Notes: generated by a model from the letters alone, not told the origin. A stretch of DNA of 64,000 nt from Salinivirgaceae bacterium (GCA_024405635.1 JAKSOL010000003.1:96001-160000), one strand, 5' to 3'. Positions 53,070 to 63,933 are shown, counted from the first letter of the stretch. A program made the numbers and translations.

Positions 53070-53696
53070 ATGAAAAAAACATTGTTTATGCTGGTATCGT
53101 TGTTTGCAATGGTATCGTGCACATCACCACAAGTGAAAAACGAAGTAGGTGACGCATCGCAAGTTGTAGATAGTGTAATAATGGCGCGAAGGAGTGTCCG
53201 TCAGTACACCGACAAAACAATTAGTCGCGATATGCTTAATCAAGTGCTGAAAAGTGGTATTAATGCACCCAATGGACAAGGACGTCAAGCTTATGAAATT
53301 CGTGTGGTTGATAACCCAGAAATGCTCGCAGCAATTACTATGGCAGTTTTAAACGACAATCAAGCTATGAAACCACAGAATGAAGTAAAAAACATTTTTG
53401 CAGGCGCACCTTGTGTTGTTTTTATAGCAAACGATACAACTTACGACATGTCGCAGGTTGATTGTGGCTTGTTGGGCCAAAACATCATACTTTCAGCATG
53501 GTCAAAAGGTATAGCGTCGTGTTGTATGGCATACCCAGTACGACTGATGAAAGAAAGTAAATTGTGCGCTCCGCTTATTGCGAAACTTGGTTTTAGCCAA
53601 GGTTACAACCTTTTGTATAGCATAGCTTTGGGATATGCCAACGAGTCGCCAAACGCAAAACCTCGAAAAACTGAAAAAATAAAATACGTAGATTGA
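53070..53696 (+). CDS. Nitroreductase family protein with lipoprotein signal
   Basis: Lipobox MVSC, RRSVRQY, NAPNG, DCGLLGQNIILSA. Confidence 0.85.
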   Translation: MKKTLFMLVSLFAMVSCTSPQVKNEVGDASQVVDSVIMARRSVRQYTDKTISRDMLNQVLKSGINAPNGQGRQAYEIRVVDNPEMLAAITMAVLNDNQAMKPQNEVKNIFAGAPCVVFIANDTTYDMSQVDCGLLGQNIILSAWSKGIASCCMAYPVRLMKESKLCAPLIAKLGFSQGYNLLYSIALGYANESPNAKPRKTEKIKYVD

Positions 53697-53697
53697 T

Positions 53698-54519
53698 ATG
53701 ATTACCCTAAACAATAATTTAACAATACCGCAAATAGGTGTTGGAACATGGACACTAAAAGGCGAAACTGCGGTAAATAATGTGCGTATGGCACTTGATG
53801 CAGGTTTTCGTCTTGTAGATACTGCACAGATGTACGAAAACGAAAAAGAGGTAGGCGACGGAATTCGTTTGAGTAAAGTGCCCCGTGAGGAAATTTTTCT
53901 TACCACCAAAGTTTCAACCGTTGTTATGCGCGAAAAGGAGTCGGTTATTCGTGCCTCGATTGACGATAGTTTGGCAAAGCTACAAACGCCATACGTCGAT
54001 TTGCTACTTATTCATTGGCCAGTAAAAGATTGCGTGAAAAAAACTTGGGTAATTATGGAAGACTATGTGCAACAAGGAAAGGTTAAGTCGCTGGGTGTTA
54101 GCAATTTCAACCGCCATCACCTTGAAGAACTTTTCCAATACGCAAACATTCGTCCTGTGCTGAATCAAATTGAAGTACATCCACTTATGAGCCAAGTGGA
54201 GAACATAGCTTACAACCATTCGCTTGGCATTCAAGTTCAGGCTTGGGGCCCTTTTGGTCAAGGCGATATTGATGTTGTTGGCAACGATGTTATTAAGCAT
54301 CTGGCTGCAAAGTATGGCAAAACATCATCGCAAATTGTGCTACGTTGGATAATTCAACGCGATTTAATTACCATTCCGCGTGCAAAACCAAATCACTTTG
54401 ACGAAAACCTTGGAGTTCTTTTGTTTGAATTGTCAAGCGACGATATGGCTGCTATTGATGCATTGAACATCAACCTTCGTTCAAATAAAAGCAACGATCC
54501 TGAAAACTTTCCGTGGTAA
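53698..54519 (+). CDS. Aldo/keto reductase
   Basis: DTAQMYENE, TTK, DLLLIHWP, GVSNF, QIEVHP. Confidence 0.93.
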   Translation: MITLNNNLTIPQIGVGTWTLKGETAVNNVRMALDAGFRLVDTAQMYENEKEVGDGIRLSKVPREEIFLTTKVSTVVMREKESVIRASIDDSLAKLQTPYVDLLLIHWPVKDCVKKTWVIMEDYVQQGKVKSLGVSNFNRHHLEELFQYANIRPVLNQIEVHPLMSQVENIAYNHSLGIQVQAWGPFGQGDIDVVGNDVIKHLAAKYGKTSSQIVLRWIIQRDLITIPRAKPNHFDENLGVLLFELSSDDMAAIDALNINLRSNKSNDPENFPW

Positions 54520-54573
54520 GTCTTTTTTATAGTATATGATGCTAATTGATTGAAATACAATTGATAAGTAAGT

Positions 54574-54608
54574 AAAAAAGCAACTCAAGTACAAGGGTTG
54601 CTTTTTTT
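54574..54608. terminator. Bidirectional terminator
   Basis: aaaaaagcaactc / gggttgcttttttt between convergent genes. Confidence 0.75.
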
Positions 54609-54629
54609 GTGTCAATTAGCAATGTATTA

Positions 54630-55559
54630 TCAAAGTTTTTTGAAAATAGAAGCAGCAATGCTACCCGAAAAGTTGTGCCAAACCGAAAAAATAGCACCAG
54701 GAACGGCCGCCAAAGGGTACATGGCAAAGTGTGTTGCAGCCAACGACGATGCAAGTCCAGAATTTTGCATGCCAACCTCAATTGAAATGGCTGTACGCTT
54801 GCTTTTTTCCATCTCAAATATTTTGCATACCACGTATCCTATTGTTAGTCCAAGCAAGTTATGCATAACCACCGCAATGCCAACAATCAAACTGCACGAC
54901 AAAATGCGTTGTGCGTTGTGCGAAACAATGGTACCAATTATTATAGCAATAGCAAATGTTGAAACCATTGGCAACAATGGTGTTGCTTTTTGAGTAAAAG
55001 AACTGAAGAAATGGTTAACTGCAAATCCTAAAATAATTGGAGCAATTACCACCTGTACAATGCTTAAAAACATTCCCCAAACATTAACATTTACAATTTC
55101 GCCTGCCAATAGGAAAACCAAAGCAGGCGTTACTAAAGGCGCTAACAAAGTTGAAACCCCAGTCATGGCTACACTTAAAGCAATGTCGCCTTGCGCCAGA
55201 TAGCAAATAACGTTGCTTGCTGTTCCTCCGGGACAACAACCTACTAATATCACCCCCAAAGCTAGCTCGGTTGGTAGGTTAAGCAATTTGCACAAAAGCC
55301 ATGCAACAGTAGGCATAATAACAAACTGAGCCAACTCGCCAACAATTATGTCTTTTGGATGGAGCAAAACGGGCTTAAAATCGCTTGGTTTTAGAGTTAA
55401 TCCCATGCCAAACATAACAATGCCCAACATTGGAGTTATTGTTGAAGTGCTAATCCAATTGAAAGATTTAGGCATAAGTAAAGCTAATGCACTAACAAAT
55501 AATACTATAAGAGTGATGTTTGATGCTACGATTGCCGATATTTTGTACAATGCCTTCAT
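54630..55559 (-). CDS. Bile acid:sodium symporter (BASS) family transporter
   Basis: MFGMGLTL, QFVIMP, GCCPGGTASNV, EVGMQNSGLA. Confidence 0.9.
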   Translation of the reverse strand: MKALYKISAIVASNITLIVLFVSALALLMPKSFNWISTSTITPMLGIVMFGMGLTLKPSDFKPVLLHPKDIIVGELAQFVIMPTVAWLLCKLLNLPTELALGVILVGCCPGGTASNVICYLAQGDIALSVAMTGVSTLLAPLVTPALVFLLAGEIVNVNVWGMFLSIVQVVIAPIILGFAVNHFFSSFTQKATPLLPMVSTFAIAIIIGTIVSHNAQRILSCSLIVGIAVVMHNLLGLTIGYVVCKIFEMEKSKRTAISIEVGMQNSGLASSLAATHFAMYPLAAVPGAIFSVWHNFSGSIAASIFKKL

Positions 55560-55839
55560 GCAAGCAAAATTAGAATTATTATCGCCATTATGTAATTGTC
55601 GTAAATAGCCATAATTGTTGGGCGTAATTCATTCCGATGAAATATATGTTTTGATGCTTAAACCAATGTTCGACAATTGACAAAAATTATTGCTGTTAAT
55701 CCACATAAACCATAATTCTGCATGAAACAAAAAACCATATTGCTCGTAAAAGTCAAAGCATTACTTTTGAGTTATATCTAAAAAGTGGAGAAGAATATTG
55801 TAATAAACTGATTGTTAATATATTAAACAAAAATAAAGC

Positions 55840-56388
55840 ATGAAACTTATCAGCAAAGTAATTGTGGGTTTGGCTATTTTGGTCTGCATCCCTTTCATTG
55901 TAGGCTTTTGCTTGCCAAAAGATCGTGTGGTAGATGCTCGCATTATGATTGACCAAATGTATTTTGAGGTGTTGAGCAACGTATCAAATCATTGGGAAGA
56001 GCCAATTTGGCGTACTGAGGTCGATTCAATGGTTGAACTAGAGCAAATAGATGCACGCGATGTGTGGATGGAATACTACACCAACGGCGATTCGGTAAAA
56101 CTACAAACACAAAGCCTTGGCGAGTTCGACTACATTCGTATGATAATTTGTCCCGATGGAACAGAACTAAATCGAAACATAACATTGGTAAACCTTGAAG
56201 ATGCTGAAGGCAATATGCGTACAGTGGTTCGTTATGTTGAAGAAGTTCATGTAACCGATCCGCTTAAACGATTCGTTAATCTATTTAACGACAAGTACGA
56301 AAAACGAGCTCATCGATATCTGTTCGATTTGAAAAATCGCGGTATTCAGCAAAAACAAGAAATGGAAGAGATGAATTCTGGTTGGTAA
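55840..56388 (+). CDS. Hypothetical membrane-anchored protein (possibly SRPBCC-like)
   Basis: N-terminal TM segment ending GFCLPK, WRTEV motif. The fold assignment is weak. Confidence 0.5.
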   Translation: MKLISKVIVGLAILVCIPFIVGFCLPKDRVVDARIMIDQMYFEVLSNVSNHWEEPIWRTEVDSMVELEQIDARDVWMEYYTNGDSVKLQTQSLGEFDYIRMIICPDGTELNRNITLVNLEDAEGNMRTVVRYVEEVHVTDPLKRFVNLFNDKYEKRAHRYLFDLKNRGIQQKQEMEEMNSGW

Positions 56389-56398
56389 TCAGTTGTTT

Positions 56399-56989
56399 AT
56401 GGAAGATATCGAAAGCGTAGTATATAACGATCGCACAGTAGCTTTTACGGCACTGGCTAATCAATTTTGCACCTTTATTGATAGAGTTGCCACATTTTCG
56501 CAAAAAGATTTTGTTGACAATGCTCACAAATTGCTGGCTTTGCTTTATGTAAAAGCACTCTCATTGCCACAAACCGAACCTACCGATCCCGATATGATTG
56601 AGAAAACAGTTACTCAAGAAGAGTGGGACGAGGTTTTTAATGCAGTGGCTCTAAAAATGGGCAAGTTTGATAAGTATAAAGAAATTGAGCAGCCAATTCA
56701 ATCGGGAGCAAAGGCCGAAATGGCTAGCATTGCCGAAGGTTTTGCCGATATTTTTCAAGATTTGAAGGACTACACCTCGCTTATGAGTTACGGTTCGCCT
56801 GAGATGATGAATGATGCCATTTGGGAATGCACCAACAACTTTCGCCAATATTGGGGACAACGATTGGTAAATATCCTACGCGTGTTGCATCTTTTGCAAT
56901 ATTCTGGTGTTGAACTCTGCACAACCGATGCTCGCCAATTTGACGAAAACAAAAGCCGACGTAAAACCCATAATAACGAGCAAGATTGA
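56399..56989 (+). CDS. DUF5063-like protein
   Basis: LLYVKALSLP, SIAEGFADIFQDLKD, FRQYWGQRLVN; lies upstream of a 3'-5' exonuclease. Confidence 0.7.
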   Translation: MEDIESVVYNDRTVAFTALANQFCTFIDRVATFSQKDFVDNAHKLLALLYVKALSLPQTEPTDPDMIEKTVTQEEWDEVFNAVALKMGKFDKYKEIEQPIQSGAKAEMASIAEGFADIFQDLKDYTSLMSYGSPEMMNDAIWECTNNFRQYWGQRLVNILRVLHLLQYSGVELCTTDARQFDENKSRRKTHNNEQD

Positions 56990-57573
56990 TGCGAACCTCA
57001 ATCCCAAAAGACGAACTCGCCTTGCTTGAAGTGAGAAGCTATACTGGCAATATTTATATGCCTGTTAATCAGCAAGAAATACAAGAGGCTGTTAACTATC
57101 TATCTAATTTTGAGGTTGTAGGTTTTGACACCGAAACCCGTCCAAATTTTGTTAAAGGTCAGCGAAACAAAGTAGCATTGTTACAATTGTTTGCAGGCGA
57201 ACGAGCGTATCTTTTTCGCCTTAATCAAGTTAAGTTTGGCTCTCCGCTTACCGATTTCTTGGCCGATGCTCGAATTATTAAAACAGGAGCCGCCATTCAC
57301 GACGATTTGAAAGGATTGCGCAAGTTGTGTGAGTTTGAGCCATGTGGTTTTGTTGATTTGCAAAACCTGGCAAAACAAGTTGGCATTCAGGAGTTTGGGT
57401 TACGAGGAATGTCGGGTTTGCTGTTAGGCTTTCGTATATCAAAAGCACAACAAACATCAAACTGGGAGGCTACAGTTTTAACTGAGGCACAACAACGCTA
57501 CGCAGCAACCGATGCTTGGATTTCGCTGCTTCTTTATCAAAAACTAATTTCGCTAACACCAAATAGTTTATAA
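56989..57573 (+). CDS. 3'-5' exonuclease (DEDDy, WRN-like)
   Basis: GFDTETRP, ALLQL, SNWE, YAATDAW. Confidence 0.9.
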   Translation: MRTSIPKDELALLEVRSYTGNIYMPVNQQEIQEAVNYLSNFEVVGFDTETRPNFVKGQRNKVALLQLFAGERAYLFRLNQVKFGSPLTDFLADARIIKTGAAIHDDLKGLRKLCEFEPCGFVDLQNLAKQVGIQEFGLRGMSGLLLGFRISKAQQTSNWEATVLTEAQQRYAATDAWISLLLYQKLISLTPNSL

Positions 57574-58760
57574 TGAACAACTTTGTTAAAATAATACTAA
57601 AGTCGGGCAAGGAACAATCGGTTCGACGCTTGCATCCTTGGATTTTTTCGGGCGCAATAAAACAAATACTTGGAGCCCCAACTGAAGGCGATGTGGTTGA
57701 GGTTTATGACAATCACAACGAATTTTTGGCTCTAGGTCACTACCAACCAAGTTCAATAGCTGTGCGCATTTTTTCGTTTGAAAAAGTTGAACTTGATAGA
57801 AACTACTGGAAAAACAAAATAGCAAGCGCCATTGAGTGTCGCCGTAAATTGGGCTTTTTTGATGCTCCCGATACAAATGTCTTTCGCCTTGTTCATGGCG
57901 AGGGCGATGGTTTGCCTGGACTTGTAATTGATTACTACAATGGTACTGCAGTTTTTCAAGCACACTCGGCGGGCATGTATAATTTGCGTAACGATGTTGC
58001 TCAAATTCTTGTGGAGTTGTTAGGCGATAAAATAAATGCAGTTTACGACAAAAGTTCGCAAACACTTCCGTTTAAGGCAGGTCTTGAGCCTGTTGACGGT
58101 TATTTGTACGGCAATTTGAGTCAAAACATTGTTGTTGAACATGGCAACAAGTTTGAAATAGATTGGGAGAAAGGACAAAAAACAGGCTTCTTTATTGATC
58201 AACGTGAAAACCGTCGTCTTTTGGGCGAGTATTCGCGAGGCAAAAAGGTTTGTAACATTTTTGGATATACTGGAGGTTTTAGCATCTACGCACTTAAAGC
58301 TGGTGCCGAATTGGTGCACACAGTTGATGCGTCAAAACTAGCTATTGATCTTACCGACCGAAATGTTGAAATAAACTTTGGCAATAGTGTTAACCACAAA
58401 GGCTTTGCAATGGATGCTTTTGATTTTCTATCGCAATCAACTGAAAAATACGATGTTATAATACTTGACCCACCTGCATTTGCAAAGCACCAAAAAAATT
58501 TGAACAATGCGCTTAATGGTTACAAGCGAATTAACCAACGTGCGCTTGAGCAAATTGCTCATGGGGGAATTCTTTTTACATTCTCATGTTCGCAGGCTGT
58601 TGATAAGGAGGATTTCCGAAAAGCTGTTTTTGCTGCGTCGGTTAATGCAAAACGTAACGTTCGTATATTACATTTCCTTTCGCAACCAATTGACCATCCA
58701 ATAAGCATGTTTCATCCTGAGAGCGAGTACCTTAAAGGGTTGGTTCTTTACGTTGATTAA
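57573..58760 (+). CDS. rlmI: RlmI-family 23S rRNA m5C methyltransferase
   Basis: HPWIFSGAI (PUA), EGDGLPG, GQKTGFFIDQRENR, ILDPPAF, FSCS, YLKG. Confidence 0.9.
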   Translation: MNNFVKIILKSGKEQSVRRLHPWIFSGAIKQILGAPTEGDVVEVYDNHNEFLALGHYQPSSIAVRIFSFEKVELDRNYWKNKIASAIECRRKLGFFDAPDTNVFRLVHGEGDGLPGLVIDYYNGTAVFQAHSAGMYNLRNDVAQILVELLGDKINAVYDKSSQTLPFKAGLEPVDGYLYGNLSQNIVVEHGNKFEIDWEKGQKTGFFIDQRENRRLLGEYSRGKKVCNIFGYTGGFSIYALKAGAELVHTVDASKLAIDLTDRNVEINFGNSVNHKGFAMDAFDFLSQSTEKYDVIILDPPAFAKHQKNLNNALNGYKRINQRALEQIAHGGILFTFSCSQAVDKEDFRKAVFAASVNAKRNVRILHFLSQPIDHPISMFHPESEYLKGLVLYVD

Positions 58761-58771
58761 AAATGAATTAT

Positions 58772-58813
58772 AAAAAAAGAGGTGTTGTTAGTAATTTACA
58801 ACACCTCTTTTTT
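58772..58813. terminator. Bidirectional terminator
   Basis: aaaaaagaggtgttgt / acaacacctctttttt. Confidence 0.9.
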
Positions 58814-58824
58814 GTTCCTAATTG

Positions 58825-60231
58825 TTAGTTTATCAGCGTTTTATATATTCTGTAACGTTCCATAATGCTGCGAACAAAGTTGTAGGTTTCAATGCCGCGG
58901 CAATAACCATTTCTAACAAGTTCGGGGTCGTAGTATTGGTTGTCTGATTTGTGTAGCAAAAAATAGTCAACATTTCCGTCCCACACTTGCGGATTGTATC
59001 CATTAGCACGCGCAACACGTTGAGCATCAAATATATGTCCTAGCCCAATGTTGTACGCTGCTAATACAAATTTTATGCGTTCGTTTTGGTCTGGAACGCT
59101 ATCTTGCAGTTGCTTATCAATCCATTTTAGGAATTTAGCACCAGCCTTAAGGTTAGCCTCGGGAGTCGATTCTTCGTCAACTCCATAGCGTTGAGCGGTT
59201 TCGGGCATCAGTTGCATCAAACCAAAAGCTCCAGCCCACGATATAGCATCGGCATTGAACCTCGATTCTTGGTAAACCAATGAAGCAAACAATCGCCAGT
59301 CCCAATTTATAATCTTGCTACATTTTTTTATTTCGTCATCGTAAACCGAAATGTTACCGCCTTTAAACGATAGATATGGGCTTTGAGCGCGTTTAACGGT
59401 TTTGGGGTCGCGGAAATACTTTTCGTATAGAATGGCATATTTTGGCGATTTTTTTATTTTGGTAATCCATTCATTTACAGCGTCTAACAACTGTGGGTTG
59501 TTTTTGTTTACAGCCCATGCCATATTTTGAGGCAGCGATGCTATGGTTGAAATATCGAGAGTGGGATAGTAGGTTTTATTAACTAGTGCCACTTCTTGGT
59601 CAGTAATGCAATAGTCAATGTCGTTGTTAACCACTTGCCAAATAAGTTGTTCCGAGTCTATATTGTCAACTTCAACAATGTTTATGCTGTCGCCAATTTC
59701 GGTTTCAATGTTGCGTAAACGAGCAGCAAACGACGAATTTTTAACTACATGAATGGTTTTTTGAGCCATGTCAAGTGTTGATTTAATATGTCCGCCACCT
59801 TTATAATCGGGATTGTATTTGGCACGTTGTTTATCGGTTAGTTGCACTAATATTTGCTGAGTTTGGCTTATTGGTTGGGTGAAATTAACCAACTTTTGTC
59901 GCTCCGATGTTATTGTTAGGTTGATGGCCAAAAGGTCGCACTCGTTGTTAATTAGCATGTCAAACGATTGCTGAAGGTTGTTGCTTACGTGAATTTCCAA
60001 ATCAAGGTCAAGTTCGGCAGCCAGGTCTTTTAGCAGTTCGTACTGATAGCCCATAGGTGTACCGCGGTAAATGAAGTAACTTATTGAGTTAAAGTCGGTT
60101 AGCGCAATAAGTTTGCCGCGTTTTTGAATAGCGTCCAAATCGGTGCTTGTGGTATTGTTAGTTTGGTGGTTGTTGCACGAAACGAGTAACACCGCCATCA
60201 AAAACAATAGTATGTTGCCAATTCTTTTCAT
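58825..60231 (-). CDS. mltF: MltF-like lytic transglycosylase (SBP_bac_3 plus SLT), lipoprotein
   Basis: Lipobox LVSC, YFIYRGTPMGYQYEL, YQESRF, GAFGLMQLMP, AAYNIG. Start chosen at the ATG of the signal peptide. Confidence 0.85.
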   Translation of the reverse strand: MKRIGNILLFLMAVLLVSCNNHQTNNTTSTDLDAIQKRGKLIALTDFNSISYFIYRGTPMGYQYELLKDLAAELDLDLEIHVSNNLQQSFDMLINNECDLLAINLTITSERQKLVNFTQPISQTQQILVQLTDKQRAKYNPDYKGGGHIKSTLDMAQKTIHVVKNSSFAARLRNIETEIGDSINIVEVDNIDSEQLIWQVVNNDIDYCITDQEVALVNKTYYPTLDISTIASLPQNMAWAVNKNNPQLLDAVNEWITKIKKSPKYAILYEKYFRDPKTVKRAQSPYLSFKGGNISVYDDEIKKCSKIINWDWRLFASLVYQESRFNADAISWAGAFGLMQLMPETAQRYGVDEESTPEANLKAGAKFLKWIDKQLQDSVPDQNERIKFVLAAYNIGLGHIFDAQRVARANGYNPQVWDGNVDYFLLHKSDNQYYDPELVRNGYCRGIETYNFVRSIMERYRIYKTLIN

Positions 60232-60354
60232 TGTCATAAACAACTGATGCTTAAAATTACGCAAATCTACTGAAACCTGCAAATTCCTATTGCAAAACAT
60301 GCCTTTAGCGCACCATATTATAATTACCTTCGCTCCCATTACTGATTAATAATT

Positions 60355-60939
60355 ATGCAGATGCTTAACTTGATTTTTGCCACTCATAACAATCATAAAT
60401 TGCAGGAAGTGGCACAATTGCTTGGTGATAAAATACAACTCCAAAGTCTTGATAATGTGAATATTACTGAGGATATTCCTGAAACTGCAAATACACTTGA
60501 GGGAAATGCTCGGCAAAAAGCGCATTACATTTTTGACCGAACAGGAGCTAACGTGTTTGCCGACGATACAGGTCTTGAAGTTGAGGCGCTTGGAGGTGAA
60601 CCTGGAGTTTTTTCGGCTCGGTATGCTGGGCCCGCTTGCAATTCGGCCGATAACATTACAAAATTGCTAAAAAACTTGAACGGCGTACAAAATCGCAATG
60701 CCCGTTTTCGTACAGTTATTTGTCTAATACTCAACGGAAAAGAGTATTTGTTTGAGGGCATTGTTAATGGTAGAATTATTGAAAACCTAGTTGGTGATGC
60801 AGGGTTTGGTTATGACCCGGTTTTTGTTCCTGATGGTTACAATGAAACTTTTGCTCAAATGTCGATGCAGTTAAAAAATAGCATTAGCCATCGCGGTAGA
60901 GCTATAGCTGAGTTGTGCACTTTTTTGAAAAACTTGTAG
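60355..60939 (+). CDS. rdgB: Non-canonical purine NTP pyrophosphatase (HAM1)
   Basis: FATHNNHK, ADDTGLEV, PGVFSARYAG, GFGYDPVF, KNSISHRG. Confidence 0.95.
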   Translation: MQMLNLIFATHNNHKLQEVAQLLGDKIQLQSLDNVNITEDIPETANTLEGNARQKAHYIFDRTGANVFADDTGLEVEALGGEPGVFSARYAGPACNSADNITKLLKNLNGVQNRNARFRTVICLILNGKEYLFEGIVNGRIIENLVGDAGFGYDPVFVPDGYNETFAQMSMQLKNSISHRGRAIAELCTFLKNL

Positions 60940-60946
60940 TTGGTCG

Positions 60947-63214
60947 ATGAAAAAACTTGTCTTGCTTATAGTATTGACCGTCAGCGCTTTGTGTCATTCA
61001 TTTGCGCAGGTTGAACCAACCTCGTGGCGCGACCATTTGTGCTATCGTGTAGCAAACTCGGTGGCCATAGCTGACCATAAGGTTTATTGTGCAACAGAGC
61101 AAGGCTTGTTCTACTACGATATTGACGACTATTCTTTAAATCGGCTTACTCCAATTCAAGGCCTTTCCGATTTGGGAATAGGTTATATTGCTTATTCGCA
61201 AAGTGCTGAAAAACTGGTGGTTGGCTATTCAGACGGAAACATTGATTTAATTGATAAAAAAGGCTCAGTTATTAATATGCCCGACTTGTACGAAAAAGAT
61301 CTTTCAATTGCCAAACAGTTGAATCACATTAATATTGAAGGAAACTTGGCTTATTTGTCGTACAATTTTGGGCTCACTGCTATTAATCTTAATCGTAGCG
61401 AATTTACAGATACGTATATTCTTGGCGAAAACGGTAACTATGAAAAAGTTTTGGGCTCGGCTGTGTATAAAGGAAAAATTTATGCCTTTACTCAAAACGG
61501 AATTTTGCAAGGCGATTTGAGTAATCCTTTTCTGAGCGACCGAAAAAACTGGAATCAAGTAACTGTCATTGCGCATCCAGATGCAAAATATACTTCGGGT
61601 TGTGTTTTTGACAATAAGTTATTGGTTAACTGCGAGTTGGATGATGGTAGCGTGTGCGAAGTTTCGGCCTTCGATGGCGAAAAATGGACTGTAGTTATTG
61701 AAAACGAACCCAACATAAAATCAATTAATAGCAATGGAAACTTGTTGGTGGTTGCTAAAGCCGCAACGGTTGATGTGCTTGATACTAAGTATAATGTGGT
61801 TAGTTCAATGGATGATAAAACTGGAGTGATGGGAATTGCTACTGATGCAAAAACTTTGTGGTATGCAAGTTCGTATCATGGATTATGTCGTCTTAAAAGC
61901 GGCAGTTGGACAGTGTATTTTCCATCGGGACCAATAACTAGTCATGCGTATGGTGTTGTTTATATTGGTGGAAGTTTGATGCTTGCGCCTGGTGGAATGC
62001 TAGCTACTGGCGAAGGCACTTGGTTTCAACCTGATATCTGTGTGTATAAAAATGACAATTGGGCCACAGTTGATAGCGATAAAATTCCTAGTAGCGTTAG
62101 CAATATTGTGGGCTTTGCAGGCAATGGAAACGATAATCATTATTATGCATCGGCTTGGCGTTGCGGATTAATTGAGGTTGATGGTGACGAAGTGCGTTTT
62201 TTCAATAGCGACAACACTAATAACATTCTAGGAAATAATGTTGCAGCTTGTGCTTTTGATAAAGATGCAAATCTTTGGATAGCAAGTTCATACACCAGTA
62301 ATGGACTTGTGGTTAAAACAAAAGATGGTAGCTGGTTTAACTTTGATTACACTAAAAATTTTACTCAAGTTCAACTTAATACGCTAACACATACTTCAAC
62401 CGACGATTTTTGGCTTGCAAGCAGTAGAGGTAATGGCATTTTGGTTTGGAATGCAAATGCTACTCCTGCTGATGGGGTTGATGATAAGTGTTTGTTTTTT
62501 GTGCCGAAAAACATTGAAGGTGAGGCATTTGATACTCGCATCAATACCATTGCTGAAGACAAAAATGGTGAGATTTGGGTGGGAAGTTCGCAAGGAGTTT
62601 ATGTTTTTCGTTCGCCAAAAAAAATTCTGAATGGCGATAATTTTTATGCTCAGCGGCCACAGATGGTTGTCGATGGTTATTATCAGGATTTACTTGGAAC
62701 AGAAAATGTTACAGCCATTGTGGTTGATGGCGGTAATCGCAAATGGATTGGAACCGAAAAACATGGTTTGTTTGTGGTGAGCGACGATGGAACAACTCAA
62801 TTAGCTCAATATACAAAGCAAAATTCATACTTGTTGTCCGATAACATTATGTCGTTGGCGTGGGATTCTGATTTAGGTTGGTTGTACATTGTTACCGACA
62901 AAGGTTTGCAGTCGGTTCGCATTTCGTCAACGCAGCGGCATTCTGAATATACAAACGTTTTTGCTTTCCCCAATCCAGTTGAGCCAAACTACAACGGTTA
63001 CGTAACAATCAGAGGCCTGATTGACGAATCGGTTGTTAAAGTGACTGATTTGTCGGGAAACCTTGTATATGAGACAATTAGTAACGGTGGCGATGCTTTT
63101 TGGAATCTAAAAAACATGGCGGGCGATGATGTCGCTACAGGTATTTATCTTATTCATTGCGCAACTGCCGACGGCCAACATTCTGCGGTAACTAAAGTGA
63201 ATGTAGTTAGGTAG
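60947..63214 (+). CDS. porZ: PorZ-like T9SS beta-propeller protein with C-terminal CTD
   Basis: WRDHL N-terminus, propeller repeats, VDGGNRKWIGT, FPNPV...GIYL..KV T9SS CTD; adjacent to recO. Confidence 0.8.
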   Translation: MKKLVLLIVLTVSALCHSFAQVEPTSWRDHLCYRVANSVAIADHKVYCATEQGLFYYDIDDYSLNRLTPIQGLSDLGIGYIAYSQSAEKLVVGYSDGNIDLIDKKGSVINMPDLYEKDLSIAKQLNHINIEGNLAYLSYNFGLTAINLNRSEFTDTYILGENGNYEKVLGSAVYKGKIYAFTQNGILQGDLSNPFLSDRKNWNQVTVIAHPDAKYTSGCVFDNKLLVNCELDDGSVCEVSAFDGEKWTVVIENEPNIKSINSNGNLLVVAKAATVDVLDTKYNVVSSMDDKTGVMGIATDAKTLWYASSYHGLCRLKSGSWTVYFPSGPITSHAYGVVYIGGSLMLAPGGMLATGEGTWFQPDICVYKNDNWATVDSDKIPSSVSNIVGFAGNGNDNHYYASAWRCGLIEVDGDEVRFFNSDNTNNILGNNVAACAFDKDANLWIASSYTSNGLVVKTKDGSWFNFDYTKNFTQVQLNTLTHTSTDDFWLASSRGNGILVWNANATPADGVDDKCLFFVPKNIEGEAFDTRINTIAEDKNGEIWVGSSQGVYVFRSPKKILNGDNFYAQRPQMVVDGYYQDLLGTENVTAIVVDGGNRKWIGTEKHGLFVVSDDGTTQLAQYTKQNSYLLSDNIMSLAWDSDLGWLYIVTDKGLQSVRISSTQRHSEYTNVFAFPNPVEPNYNGYVTIRGLIDESVVKVTDLSGNLVYETISNGGDAFWNLKNMAGDDVATGIYLIHCATADGQHSAVTKVNVVR

Positions 63215-63216
63215 TT

Positions 63217-63933
63217 ATGGTTACAGCCGATAGAATTATAGTGCTCAAGTACGTAAAGTATTCCGACTCGTCGATTATTGTTCAAGCTTTGTCGCAAAAG
63301 CATGGGCGGGTGTCGCTTATGGTGAGTGGTTTAGGTAAAAACCGAACAAAACTTGGTGCTTTTCATCCGCTTGCGTTGCTTGATGCGGTTTATAGTTATC
63401 GCGAAGACCGACAAGTGCAACGTTTGAGCGAATATAAACCTAATCCACTATTGGCCAATTGTACAACCGATTTGCGTAAAAGTACTCAACTAATGTTTTT
63501 GGCCGAGGTTGTGGGTAAAAGTGTAATGCCCGAAACTCCCGATAGTCTTGTATTCGCTTTTGTTGAGCAATCGATAATGATGCTTGAAGAAATGGAAAAA
63601 GGCTTGGCTGAATTTCACATAGCTTTTTTGGTTAAACTGAGCCAATTTTTGGGTTTTCACCCGGGACAAGAATCTGTTGATATGCCGTTTTTTGATCTCA
63701 CTCTTGGGCATGGCGTTGAAATACGACCACATCATAAACATTATATCGGCAACGACCTGTTTAAGAAAATGTATAGGTATTTCGGTTTGAAATATAGCGA
63801 ATTGGATGTTTGTCCTTTGTCAAAGACTGACCGCGATTTTTTGCTTGATGTGGTTGTTATGTGGTATGCCAACAACATTGTTTCAATGGCCGACATAAAC
63901 TCACACGAAATTCTGCATCAAGTGTTTAATTAG
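63217..63933 (+). CDS. recO: DNA repair protein RecO
   Basis: IVLKYVKYSDSSIIV...GRVS, FLAEV, FLVKLSQFLGF.P. Confidence 0.88.
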   Translation: MVTADRIIVLKYVKYSDSSIIVQALSQKHGRVSLMVSGLGKNRTKLGAFHPLALLDAVYSYREDRQVQRLSEYKPNPLLANCTTDLRKSTQLMFLAEVVGKSVMPETPDSLVFAFVEQSIMMLEEMEKGLAEFHIAFLVKLSQFLGFHPGQESVDMPFFDLTLGHGVEIRPHHKHYIGNDLFKKMYRYFGLKYSELDVCPLSKTDRDFLLDVVVMWYANNIVSMADINSHEILHQVFN

